Shown piece by piece: positions 1-8,232 of a stretch of 27,054 nt of DNA. The notes below the pieces were generated by a model that was given only the letters and a program-made list of their open reading frames with translations, was not told the origin of the DNA and made no database searches. Location of the stretch: the NCBI GenBank assembly GCA_963847445.1, contig CAWJZV010000013.1, forward strand, positions 1 to 27,054. Reading direction: 5' to 3'. This DNA comes from an uncultured delta proteobacterium. GTDB lineage: Bacteria; Desulfobacterota; Binatia; UBA9968. A program made the translations under genes and the position numbers. Numbering within the stretch: position 1 is the first letter of the stretch; each line of letters starts with the position of its first letter.

Positions 1-1072
1 TTTCGATCACCGCCGGCGCTATGCTTTTCTTGCGCCGCATCACACCCACCATGCCATCTTCTTTGGATTGATCCTGGTGGCCGTAATCCGAGCCCATGAT
101 CATGTTGTCTTCGCCAATGTGAGTCAGGAGATAGGCCAGGTCTTCGTCCGCCTCGGCGGCAACGTAGAGACGGTAGTCGCTGAATAGCTTCGGGCCCCAC
201 TCCATGGCTGCATCGGCGTCGCCGCCAGCGTTGAGTTTGGCGCCGCTGGACCGTTGGAGGTGGTGCAGCACGTAGGGTACCCAGGAGGCCGACGCCTCGA
301 TGAAGCCAAACCGCAGTTCCGGGAAGCGTTCGGGAATTTTGTGCGCCACGAGGTCGCGAAAGGCGAACAGCGGCAGCGAGCGTACGTGCGGCAAGTTGTG
401 GCTGAAGCTGCGGTCAAAGACTTTAGTGATTTCCGGCGCACCGGCGCCGGTGTGAATGCAAATGGCCATACCCAACCGGTTGGCGGCCTCGTACACCGGG
501 AAAAAATAGGACTCCGCCAGGGAGCGCTCCCCCTCTACGCCGCGAAAGAACACGCCCACCGCGCCGTGGTCGCGCGCGGTTTCGATCTCGCGCACCGAAG
601 CCTGCATGTCCCGCAGCGGCGGGACGACAACCCAGCGCAAGCGATCGCCGCCCTGTTCCCAGGCTTTTGCCAGGTAACGGTTGTAGGCAGCGCAGATGGC
701 CACCTCCAGGTCGACCTCCACCGGCAGGTAACCCAGTAACAGGGTCGGAAATACGACTTCAGCGTCGACGCCGCGCATGTCCATGTCTCTTACCCGCGCG
801 GTAGCGTCGGTGATGTAGCGCACCGCCTTTGCAATGTCCGTGCGCGCCTCTTCCGCGTCGGACCCACCCACGGCGACAATGGCACTGCCTTTGCCAAAGC
901 GCTTGGGCACGGCCACGCCATCGATCAACCAGACCTGGTTGTTATGTCCGTAGACACTGTTATCGGTGGTCGACGCCAATACGGGTCGACGTGGATAAAG
1001 TTCCGGGTCAAAGAGCTCCCACATCCCAGGATGTTCGATAATATGTGTATCTGCATCGACGACGCCAGCCAT
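1..1072 (-). CDS. Amidohydrolase family protein (Amidohydro_2-like), 3' end runs off the window
   Basis: Manual translation from ATG at 1072: MAGVVDADTHIIEHPGMWE...DMDMRGVDAEVVFPT...ICIHTG...FGFIEASASW...MGSDYGHQD. Shows DxH, H and GSDY metal motifs; GGAGA RBS upstream. Missing from the ORF track because no stop lies in the window. Confidence 0.9.
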   Translation of the reverse strand, partial: MAGVVDADTHIIEHPGMWELFDPELYPRRPVLASTTDNSVYGHNNQVWLIDGVAVPKRFGKGSAIVAVGGSDAEEARTDIAKAVRYITDATARVRDMDMRGVDAEVVFPTLLLGYLPVEVDLEVAICAAYNRYLAKAWEQGGDRLRWVVVPPLRDMQASVREIETARDHGAVGVFFRGVEGERSLAESYFFPVYEAANRLGMAICIHTGAGAPEITKVFDRSFSHNLPHVRSLPLFAFRDLVAHKIPERFPELRFGFIEASASWVPYVLHHLQRSSGAKLNAGGDADAAMEWGPKLFSDYRLYVAAEADEDLAYLLTHIGEDNMIMGSDYGHQDQSKEDGMVGVMRRKKSIAPAVIE

Positions 1073-1108
1073 GAGTATTCTCCAGTGCCAATAGTTTGGT
1101 GTTAGTTA

Positions 1109-1237
1109 GCAGGCTGTTGAAAAAGGCTCACCTGCTTCGTTGCACTCGATCGCTTCGCTGCGACGTAGCCCCTAAGTACGCCTCCGCTCATCGATTTCTC
1201 GCGCGCCTCGCATCTGAGACCTTTTTGAACAGCCTGC
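1109..1237. mobile_element. MITE-like element with 18-bp terminal inverted repeats
   Basis: GCAGGCTGTTGAAAAAGG (1109-1126) pairs with CCTTTTTGAACAGCCTGC (1220-1237) with 1 mismatch; non-coding interior. Confidence 0.7.
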
Positions 1238-1379
1238 GACCAAATTTTTTTACGCTCTGTTAAGGTATTCTGAGACCTCTTGCATGACAAGAAATGGGTG
1301 CCGCGTCAACGAAGCCAATCGGCTCGCGATTTACTTGTGATTTATTGGCTTGCTCGCCACGCCGCTCAGAATGCCAGCG

Positions 1380-1540
1380 CTAGGATTTGCCACTTAGATT
1401 GCTATCGCGAAACTTCCGAACGATCGACTGCGGGTCCCACTTCCCCAACTTCTTCGCTAAGGCATCCATCCTAAGGGACGCTTCCTGCATCTTCTTCGAC
1501 ATTTTAAGTTTTTGTCGCCGCTTTCTTTTCGCTTTACCAT
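1380..1540 (-). CDS. Putative small basic protein, possibly antitoxin-like
   Basis: ATG 1502 to TAG 1380 gives 40 aa MSKKMQEASLRMDALAKKLGKWDPQSIVRKFRDSNLSGKS; extends to ATG 1540 (MVKRK...) if one base is missing in an A-run. Confidence 0.35.
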
Positions 1541-1634
1541 AGGAATTAAGACAATTTCCGGATGATCCGCGAGGAGCTGGTCATACGCATATATCGACAA
1601 GACGAGGTCCTGAATCGAAATAATATGCCGCTCG

Positions 1635-1856
1635 TCAACCCGCCACTTGATAAATCAGGGACGATAACGCGGTTTAGGAATCCGCTTGCCGCGCTTTGCG
1701 TGCCGCCTTGAGCCACGCGACCTTGGCAATTTCAACCTCGGCTAACGCCTTTTCGGGGGTTTTGGCAAAGGCGGAACAGGCTTCAAGGTCGGGAATATCG
1801 GCAATATATCCACCGTCCTCATCACTATAAAAAATATTTATATGGTAATCTTTCAT
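1635..1856 (-). CDS. hicB: HicB-family antitoxin (C-terminal indels)
   Basis: MKDYHINIFYSDEDGGYIADIPDLEACSAFAKTPEKALAEVEIAKVAWL is typical short HicB; the usual tail (GKRIPKPRYRP..IYQVAG*) continues in shifted frames to TGA at 1635. Confidence 0.85.
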
Positions 1857-1915
1857 GTGTCATCCTCGATCCGCAAATTATACCGCTCTACCCACTGCGA
1901 AGAATGAGCGGATGA
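1853..1915 (-). pseudogene. 3' remnant of a HicA-type toxin gene
   Basis: VERYNLRIEDDT* ends in ATGA overlapping the hicB start and resembles the HicA C-terminus; no room for the N-terminal part before the upstream gene's stop at 1938. Confidence 0.55.
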
Positions 1916-1937
1916 CATGTTAGGCGACTCACAATCG

Positions 1938-2794
1938 CTAACTCTCCAAGATATCGACAAACACCCCGTCCGGACTCGAAGTCACATGCTGACAGTGACG
2001 GCACCCGGCGATCAACGCGGTGCGCCGCTCGCCTTCGCTCGGCTCGGCGATGATGCGCTCGCGCATCTCCGGATCGCTTTCACGCAACGCGGCTAACTCT
2101 TTTTTCACCGCGTCGACACTTTCGACCTTGAAACCCGAGATGCTCGATGCCCGGCCGGTCGATGCCGGCGCCTTCGAAGTCGCTCATCTTCCAGGGCGCG
2201 ATGATCAGCGTCATTCTGCCGTCGGTGAGATAGAAGTTGGGATCTTCGAGGGCTTTTTCGGCTTCTTTCAAGTCGAACAGATCGCGATAAAACGCCGCCA
2301 TCGCCGGCGCGTTCATGACGCGCAGCTTGATATGGTGCATGCGCCGCGGCTGCTTCGCGCTGCTGTTCAGCCTGCGGTGAGCCCTGTCGAACCGTATAAA
2401 CGTCGCGCCGGTTGGACATGCCCTTCTTGGGTCAGGTCGAAATAGTTGCCCTCGGGATCATGGGCGCCGAAGGTGGCGAAGGGCCGGTTCGACGGCCGTT
2501 TGAGCACGGCGACTTCGGGATAGGCTTTCTTGATTCTCTTAATCGCTTCGTCAACATCGTCGACATCGACGCCGAAATGATGCAGCCCCGGCACGTAGCC
2601 GGGCTTGCGGCCGATGATGGTCATGCCGACGTAACCGTCGCTCACGCTGACGGCGTAGTTGGTTCGGATCGCCTTCTGCTTCTTCCTCCGAACCGGGCTT
2701 TGACCGTTTCATGCCGAAGGCGGCTTCGAAAAACCGCGCCTCGCGCACGAAGTTCTCACTGACAATCGCGCGCATGTTGAATCTTAGTGAGCAT
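1938..2794 (-). CDS. Two-domain VOC/glyoxalase/extradiol-dioxygenase-like protein (several frameshifts)
   Basis: Joined frames: MLTKIQH..AIVSENF...SDGYVGMTII..GLHHFGVDVDD..HDPEGNYFDL...MHHIKLRV..LTDGRMTLII..GIEHLGF-KVES...SSPDGVFVDILES*; GGGAGG RBS. Confidence 0.85.
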
Positions 2795-2816
2795 AAACCT
2801 CCCTGGCAGTCGGCTT

Positions 2817-2922
2817 GGTTCAAACCGTTCAAGCCGTTCAAATGGTTCAAAACGTTGAAGAGCAAACCATCTCGAACTTCCGAAACGGTTTGAACGGCTT
2901 GAACTATTTGAACGTTTTGAAC
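2817..2922. repeat. Inverted pair of 9-bp tandem arrays (GTTCAANNN x4 / NNNTTGAAC x4)
   Basis: ggttcaaaccgttcaagccgttcaaatggttcaaaacgtt ... aacggtttgaacggcttgaactatttgaacgttttgaacc. Confidence 0.85.
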
Positions 2923-2928
2923 CCCTCG

Positions 2929-3927
2929 TCATTTTGTCGTGATTCGCTTGAAGAATCCTTCCTTCTCTAATTCATCGAGCGTGCTCTCGTCGATATACTT
3001 CGCCAGGTTCCGATCGATCTTGGGATTTTTTTCAGCGACCATGTCCAGGGTATTGCGGATGCCTTGCGGCGAGATGCGCGTCGGAAAAACAAAGCTCGTC
3101 GCGACGTATTGGTAGGTCTCGTCGATCGCTTTGGGATTTTTTTGCTGCAGCCATTTGGTCAGCACCGCGGTCGCTCTCTCCTTATTATTGATCATCTGAT
3201 AGGTCGCTTCGGCGTAGGCCTGCTGGTAACGCTTCACCAGCTCGCGATTTTGCTGCAGGAACGAGCGGCGCACCACCATGGCGTTCATCGGAAACGCCGC
3301 GGTCTTCATGTCGCGCATATGGACAAGCACGTTCATGCCCATGCGCTGGGCCTCGCCGACCTCAGGTTGCGCCAGCACCGTCGCGTCGAGCGCTTTGGTG
3401 ACCAGGCCCAAATAGCGCTGCGGCGCGCCGCCGGCTTGCAGGATCGTCACCGCATTGCGCGGCATGTTCCATTCCTTGAGCGCCAGCAGCACCGCCAACT
3501 CGTTGGCGCCGCCGAAGCCGACGATGCCGACTTTCTTGCCGTTGAGATCCTCGGGCTTGCGAATCTCCTTCTGGGCGACGAAGCTGAACGGAAACGTATT
3601 GAGCGATCCCGATATCATCACCAGATCGGCGCCCTGGGCGATGGCGTTAATCGTCGTCACCGCGTCGACCTGGGCGAAGTGCACGCTGTTGCCGAGCATG
3701 GCTTGAATCTGCCGGGTCGAACCCGGCGTCAAAATCAAATCGGCGTTGATGCCGTACTTGGTCAGCAGCCCCAATTCCTTGGTCGCCCACAGCGGCGATT
3801 GAAATCCGGCGAAGCCGGCATAGGCGATCAAATAGCGCTCCTGTGCAGAGACCGTTGCGGGAATCACCGATAGAACCACAATCAGAGCGAGAATTAGTTT
3901 AGTAGTCCAGTGCTTTAAAGTTTTCAT
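2929..3927 (-). CDS. ABC transporter substrate-binding protein, NMT1/THI5/SsuA-like
   Basis: Signal peptide ending VSA-QE; IRKPEDLNGKKVGI, LDATVL and IDESTLDELEKEGFF motifs typical of the family; intact 332 aa. Confidence 0.9.
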   Translation of the reverse strand: MKTLKHWTTKLILALIVVLSVIPATVSAQERYLIAYAGFAGFQSPLWATKELGLLTKYGINADLILTPGSTRQIQAMLGNSVHFAQVDAVTTINAIAQGADLVMISGSLNTFPFSFVAQKEIRKPEDLNGKKVGIVGFGGANELAVLLALKEWNMPRNAVTILQAGGAPQRYLGLVTKALDATVLAQPEVGEAQRMGMNVLVHMRDMKTAAFPMNAMVVRRSFLQQNRELVKRYQQAYAEATYQMINNKERATAVLTKWLQQKNPKAIDETYQYVATSFVFPTRISPQGIRNTLDMVAEKNPKIDRNLAKYIDESTLDELEKEGFFKRITTK

Positions 3928-3939
3928 CTCAATTCTTAC

Positions 3940-3968
3940 CTTGGCGTCTTTGCGCCTTTGCGGGAGAA
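3940..3968. repeat. Short CTTTGCG-type tandem repeat (8-bp period)
   Basis: CTTGGCGT CTTTGCGC CTTTGCGG; related copy at 14546-14573. Confidence 0.55.
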
Positions 3969-3981
3969 ATATTCTTCCGGC

Positions 3982-5247
3982 TTATCTGAGTTCCCGGCTT
4001 CTCGTGTACTCTTTCCAATCCATCGATTTCGCGATCACATCGGAAATCACCACCAGGTTGGGAAAAGCATTCGCCTTAGCATCGCGAACCACATGCTGCG
4101 GCTCGCGCCCCTGCTGAACGTCTTTGATGGCGTTTAAAATCAATTTGCGCGCCGCCACGATCGCCTTGTCCGACGAAACCAGATTCTCTTCGGTGCGATT
4201 CTGCACCGCTCCCTGGCTCTCGGTGGCGAACGCGTCGTGGACCTGAAAGTTGGTGCCCAAGCCGGTAAATGTCTGAGTCTGCATTGATGCGCGGTCCTGT
4301 TGGTAACGGTTCGCGGCATTTCTGGTCAGGCGATAATCATCGGTTAATTCAGCGCGGCTTCGCGTGCGCAAGAATTCATCCAACTCATTGGTGCGGCTAA
4401 AAGCGAAGATATACTTCCAGTGATGGTGGTCGTCGATCGGCACATGCCAGTGCACCGCGTAGCCGTCGCCCACCGTCGAGCCGCCGAAGGCGGACAAATT
4501 CGGCATGACGAAATTGGTCACGCGCAGGTAGCGCTTGTCGGCGCTGGCATCTCTGGTCGTGTAGATTCTCAGCCCGAAGTTCGTCACCTCGACTTCGATG
4601 GTCGGCGCCACGTCTTTGGCGAGCAACGTATTATCCGTGGCGTTGACTTCCTTGACGACGCGCAGGCGCGCCACCTGAGCTTCGCTCAAATACTGATGCA
4701 GGAACGACAGATGCACCGGATCGATGTTGCCTTCGTTGCCCTGAAGATAGTTGCATTCGTAAAACGCCTTGACCACCGTCCGGTGTTTCGGCGCCACGGT
4801 GAGAAACTCGTAGTTGGGCACGAGCGGCGGCTCGCCCGCTCCCATGTAGGTGAGAATCACGCCGCCAACTTCTTGGCAGGGATAGGCCAAGTGACGAATC
4901 GCCGCCTTGTTCGCGCCGCCGCCCGGCTCCCCGGGCTGATCGATCACCCGGCCGCAGATGTCGTAGAGCCAGCCGTGATAAAGGCAGCGCAAACCGCCGT
5001 CCTCGACGCGGCCGTAACTCAAGTCGGTGCCGCGGTGAGAGCAATGCCGTCCAATCAGCCCCGGCCGCCCCTGGTCGTCGCGAAACAACGCCAGCTCTTC
5101 GCCGAGAATCTTCACTTTGAGCGGCGCCCCGCCGGCGGGCAACTCTTCGCTCAGCGCGACCGGCTGCCAGTAGCGCCGCATCAGCGCGCCGCAGGGCGTG
5201 CCTGGATCGGTTTGGGTTAAAAGCTGGTTCTCTTCAGCGGCAATCAT
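3982..5247 (-). CDS. Rieske non-heme iron oxygenase alpha subunit (phthalate 4,5-dioxygenase/LigX-like)
   Basis: Rieske motif CSH...CLYHGW, mononuclear Fe motif EGNIDPVHLSFLH, conserved HDAFATESQG and SDKAI; GGAGG RBS. Confidence 0.93.
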   Translation of the reverse strand: MIAAEENQLLTQTDPGTPCGALMRRYWQPVALSEELPAGGAPLKVKILGEELALFRDDQGRPGLIGRHCSHRGTDLSYGRVEDGGLRCLYHGWLYDICGRVIDQPGEPGGGANKAAIRHLAYPCQEVGGVILTYMGAGEPPLVPNYEFLTVAPKHRTVVKAFYECNYLQGNEGNIDPVHLSFLHQYLSEAQVARLRVVKEVNATDNTLLAKDVAPTIEVEVTNFGLRIYTTRDASADKRYLRVTNFVMPNLSAFGGSTVGDGYAVHWHVPIDDHHHWKYIFAFSRTNELDEFLRTRSRAELTDDYRLTRNAANRYQQDRASMQTQTFTGLGTNFQVHDAFATESQGAVQNRTEENLVSSDKAIVAARKLILNAIKDVQQGREPQHVVRDAKANAFPNLVVISDVIAKSMDWKEYTRSRELR

Positions 5248-5314
5248 GATCGTTACCTCCGCAGCACAATGAAATTGCGTTCACGAATAAACCAGATGCC
5301 TTGCGGGTGGGGAT

Positions 5315-5415
5315 TCGTCACACCGGCGAAGGCCGGTGTCCATGACCGAGTCTTATCGACACTCGAACCGCCACCCTTCCCCGCCTGGATTCCGGCCTGC
5401 GCCGGAATGACGGAT
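5315..5415. repeat. CGTC-type REP doublet (inverted pair), left copy
   Basis: CGTCACACCGGCGAAGGCCGGTGTCCA (5316-5342) plus inverted CTGGATTCCGGCCTGCGCCGGAATGACG (5385-5412). Confidence 0.9.
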
Positions 5416-5463
5416 TGGGATCGTCGGCAACGCAACAGAAATAGAGTGGAACTCGAAACCCAA

Positions 5464-5750
5464 TTACAGTAACTCATCGTACAAGTCTTTCCACTCCGGA
5501 TTAATTTCTTGAATCAGACGAATCTTCCAAGCGCGTTGCCATCCTTGATCGCTTTCTCGCGGGCAATCGCAACATCCATCGTTCCGCAGGCTTCGTACCA
5601 AACTAACATATGCACACCATAACGTTTGGTAAAGCCTTCGGCCTGATCAGATTTATGCTGCCAAACGCGCCGGACCAAATCCGATGTTACACCTACATAT
5701 AACGTGCCGTTTCGCTTGCTGGCAAGGATATAGACATAGGGCTGCTTCAC
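5464..5750 (-). CDS. GIY-YIG nuclease, small YhbQ/UPF0213-like (one 1-bp frameshift near 5543)
   Basis: VKQPYVYILASKRNGTLYVGVTSDLVRRVWQHK...FTKRYGVHMLVWYE...AIAREKAIK, then shifted WQRAWKIRLIQEINPEWKDLYDELL*; catalytic Y, Y, R, H, E and N positions present. Confidence 0.92.
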
Positions 5751-5759
5751 GACCCGAGT

Positions 5760-5788
5760 AGCGTACAAGCCCTAAAGTATCCCGTCAA
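5760..5788 (-). promoter_or_regulatory. Putative sigma70 promoter of the GIY-YIG gene (nearly leaderless)
   Basis: TTGACG-17 nt-TACGCT, ending 9 nt before the GTG start; no Shine-Dalgarno. Confidence 0.55.
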
Positions 5789-5814
5789 AGCCCGCGAACA
5801 ACGCCACTTCCTAC

Positions 5815-5911
5815 TCGTCACACCGGCGGAGGCCGGTGTCCATTCTTCAGTCGGACATGCGAAAAGAGACCACCCACCCCCTGGATTCCGGCCTACGCCG
5901 GAATGACGGAT
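5815..5911. repeat. CGTC-type REP doublet (inverted pair), right copy
   Basis: CGTCACACCGGCGGAGGCCGGTGTCCA (5816-5842) plus CTGGATTCCGGCCTACGCCGGAATGACG (5881-5908); direct repeat of the left doublet with a different spacer. Confidence 0.9.
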
Positions 5912-6090
5912 CAAAATGCGGACCCTTCGGACGAATTCCCGATCAGCGCGTCGATAAACCCGCCATCGATACAGACCACCTGTGCGTCGAGTTCGTAGCG
6001 GCGCCGCGCCATCTCGCGGATAGCGAAAATCACCGGCAAACGGTCGGGGTCAACTTAGACGAGGGTGAGTGTCTGCGTGATGTTCGCTGC

Positions 6091-6513
6091 CTATTTGTCG
6101 GTATCTTGGTCAACGGCTATTGATGCGGCCACTCGCGTTGCGCCGCTGACATCGGGCCGCACCCGCAAGGTGCTTCCTTGCGCCACCTGCACCGTGCCGG
6201 TCTTAACGCCGCGCGGCTTTTTCACATAACGCGCGCGGGTGCAATGCACGCCAGTGGTGCCGGCGTTGCGCGCTTTGCTGTGATAGGCCGCCACTGCCGC
6301 CGCTTGCCGCAGCGTATCTCGCCCGGGTTCGGCATCCGCTCGCGCGCGCAGGATCACATGGCTGCCCGGCACGCCGTCAGCGTGAAACCACCAGTCATTG
6401 GGTTTGGCGATCTGCGTGCTGAGATAGTCGTTGTCGGCGTCGGTGCCGCCCACCAGAAGGGTCCAGCCGCCAACGAGTTCGTATTGGAGAATGCGCGGTT
6501 TAGATGGTTTCAA
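6091..6513 (-). CDS. NFACT RNA-binding domain protein (DUF814/NFACT-R)
   Basis: LLVG..DADNDYLS..AKPNDWWFHADGVPGSHVIL..AAAVAAYHSKAR..YVKKPRG..GTV motifs. Confidence 0.9.
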   Translation of the reverse strand: MKPSKPRILQYELVGGWTLLVGGTDADNDYLSTQIAKPNDWWFHADGVPGSHVILRARADAEPGRDTLRQAAAVAAYHSKARNAGTTGVHCTRARYVKKPRGVKTGTVQVAQGSTLRVRPDVSGATRVAASIAVDQDTDK

Positions 6514-6900
6514 AGTCGGCGATCCCGCAGCGGCTATTTATCGTAGAGCTCTTGAAGAACCACTCGTCTTCCAATGCCCTGAGCAATGAAATATCGAGGT
6601 ACTCCTCTGCCCGCCGGCCTTTGAGATGCGGATAGCTGCCGCTCAGATCTTCGATGTCGTTCTGGATCGCTTCTTCCTTGGGAAACGGCTCGCGCCGGGA
6701 TCGAGCCGAGCTAAATAATTTGTGGTGCATCGAGTCGAGCATCTTCGGATCTTCGATCTTCAGATACTTTGCGGTAGAGCCGCAGCATGTCACCTCTTTC
6801 TCGGTGCGACCGATGTAGGTGCCTTCGGGATCGCCATGCAGAAAGACTTTGAACTGGCGCGGCCTCAGTTTCAGCAAGTAACATGCGGCCAAACCACAAT
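6500..6900 (-). pseudogene. C-terminal fragment of an NMT1-type substrate-binding protein
   Basis: KYLKIEDPKMLD...EPFPKEEAIQ...RAEEYLDISLLRALEDEWFF parallels the C-terminus of 2929-3927; N-terminal half and signal peptide absent. Confidence 0.6.
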
Positions 6901-6946
6901 CAACGAACCGAGCTTTGTCGACGAACTGGGATATTAGAATCGCGGC

Positions 6947-7070
6947 CCGTTCAAGGGTTCAAAGGTTCAAGGTTCAAGGTTCGATCGGAGCTTGCCAGTA
7001 TCGGTGAACCGCAGGTAGATTCCGGCACTCCAAATTCCGACTGAACGTTGAACTTTTGAACCTTGAACGG
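6947..7070. repeat. Inverted pair of 7-8 bp GTTCAA tandem arrays
   Basis: ccgttcaagggttcaaaggttcaaggttcaaggttcgatcgga ... tccgactgaacgttgaacttttgaaccttgaacgg. Confidence 0.85.
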
Positions 7071-7132
7071 CTGTTGTCCGTTCAACCCCCCTGTAGTAGA
7101 TATGAAACCATCAAACTCCGGAGGGCAAACCG

Positions 7133-8176
7133 ATGGCATCGATCCTTTATGTCGCAACCGATGAAGGCGTCGTGACGCTCAAGAGCGCCGACGGCCATAA
7201 CTGGAAACAGGAACATCACGGCCTCAAGGATTGGCAGGTTCCCGAGGTCGTGGTGTCGCCGCAAGCGCCGAACAAAGTTTTCGCCGCCACCCGCGGCGAC
7301 GGCGTTTGGGTCAGCGAGGATTTCGGCGCGACCTGGAAAAAACCCTGCTACGGCAAGCGCGGCCCCGGCAAAGTGCGCTGCCTGTCCTTCGATCCCCATG
7401 ATGCCAGCACGCTTTACGCCGGCACCGAACCGATCGATGTTTTTGTCACCCATGACGAGGCGAAAAACTGGCAGCGCCTCGATACCGTGTGGAATATTCC
7501 CTACGTTTCCACGATCACCTACCCGGTGGCGGCGGTGGAACCTCACGTCCGCGACATCACCATCGATCCGAAAGATTCCCAGACGATGTACGTCGCGTTG
7601 CAAGTCGGCTACATGCTCAAGACCACCGACGGCGGCAAGAACTGGGAGCTGTTAAATAAGAATCTCGACTGCGATGTCCACACCATCGTGCTCCATCCGG
7701 AAGACAGCAATAAAATCTTCATCGCCACCGGCGGCCACGACTGCCGCGCCGGCAAAGCGCCGGGACGCGCGCTTTATTCCAGCGCCGACGGCGGCAAGAG
7801 CTGGGCGCCCATGGCGATGGAGTTCAAAGAGGAATATTCGGTGCCGCTGACGGTGCATCCGACCAAGCATGACGTGCTCTATTCCGCCGTCGCCAACGGC
7901 CAGCCAGGGCAATGGCGCAAACGCAACAGCGGAGCGGAGGCATTCTTGATCCAATCCACCGACGCCGGCAAGAGCTGGAAAAAGCTCGACGGCGCCGTCT
8001 CCCAGGCGAATAGCAGCTTCGTCGAAAGCTTCGCCTTCGATCCGGCCAATGCCAACAATATGTACGCCGCCCAGCGCAACGGCGACCTGTTCGGCAGCGA
8101 CGACAGCGGCGCCAGCTGGTTCAAACTCAACGTCAATGTCCCCGAGCTGTCCGACATGAAAGCGGCTGTTGCTTGA
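7133..8176 (+). CDS. BNR/Asp-box beta-propeller protein (YCF48/glycosyl-hydrolase-like), no signal peptide
   Basis: Repeated SxDxGxxW boxes (SADGHNW, SEDFGATW, TTDGGKNW, SADGGKSW, STDAGKSW, SDDSGASW); GGAGG RBS. Confidence 0.88.
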   Translation: MASILYVATDEGVVTLKSADGHNWKQEHHGLKDWQVPEVVVSPQAPNKVFAATRGDGVWVSEDFGATWKKPCYGKRGPGKVRCLSFDPHDASTLYAGTEPIDVFVTHDEAKNWQRLDTVWNIPYVSTITYPVAAVEPHVRDITIDPKDSQTMYVALQVGYMLKTTDGGKNWELLNKNLDCDVHTIVLHPEDSNKIFIATGGHDCRAGKAPGRALYSSADGGKSWAPMAMEFKEEYSVPLTVHPTKHDVLYSAVANGQPGQWRKRNSGAEAFLIQSTDAGKSWKKLDGAVSQANSSFVESFAFDPANANNMYAAQRNGDLFGSDDSGASWFKLNVNVPELSDMKAAVA

Positions 8177-8189
8177 TCTTGTCCCGGCC

Positions 8190-8223
8190 AACGTTGAACT
8201 TTTGAACCCTTGAACCTTGAACG
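8190..8223. repeat. Single TTGAAC tandem array
   Basis: aacgttgaacttttgaacccttgaaccttgaacg; first 19 bp identical to 7044-7062. Confidence 0.8.
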
Positions 8224-8232
8224 AATAATTTT

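Noticed and set aside
254-739. Long antisense ORFs (also 3064-3873, 4420-5220, 12315-13175, 25744-26559 and others)
   Set aside because: Shadow frames of high-GC genes on the opposite strand with no recognisable motifs.
5253-5477. Small ORFs over repeats (also 1102-1290, 6951-7157, 10595-10880, 24839-25030)
   Set aside because: Translations of palindromic or MITE DNA rather than real genes.
5315-5911. CRISPR array (about 28-bp palindromic repeats with 36-40 bp spacers)
   Set aside because: Repeats alternate in orientation, come only in pairs, and no cas genes are present; REP doublets fit better.
5925-6050. Possible ABC ATPase C-terminal remnant on the minus strand (REMARR...VVCIDGG)
   Set aside because: Too short and degenerate, with no start or Walker motifs.
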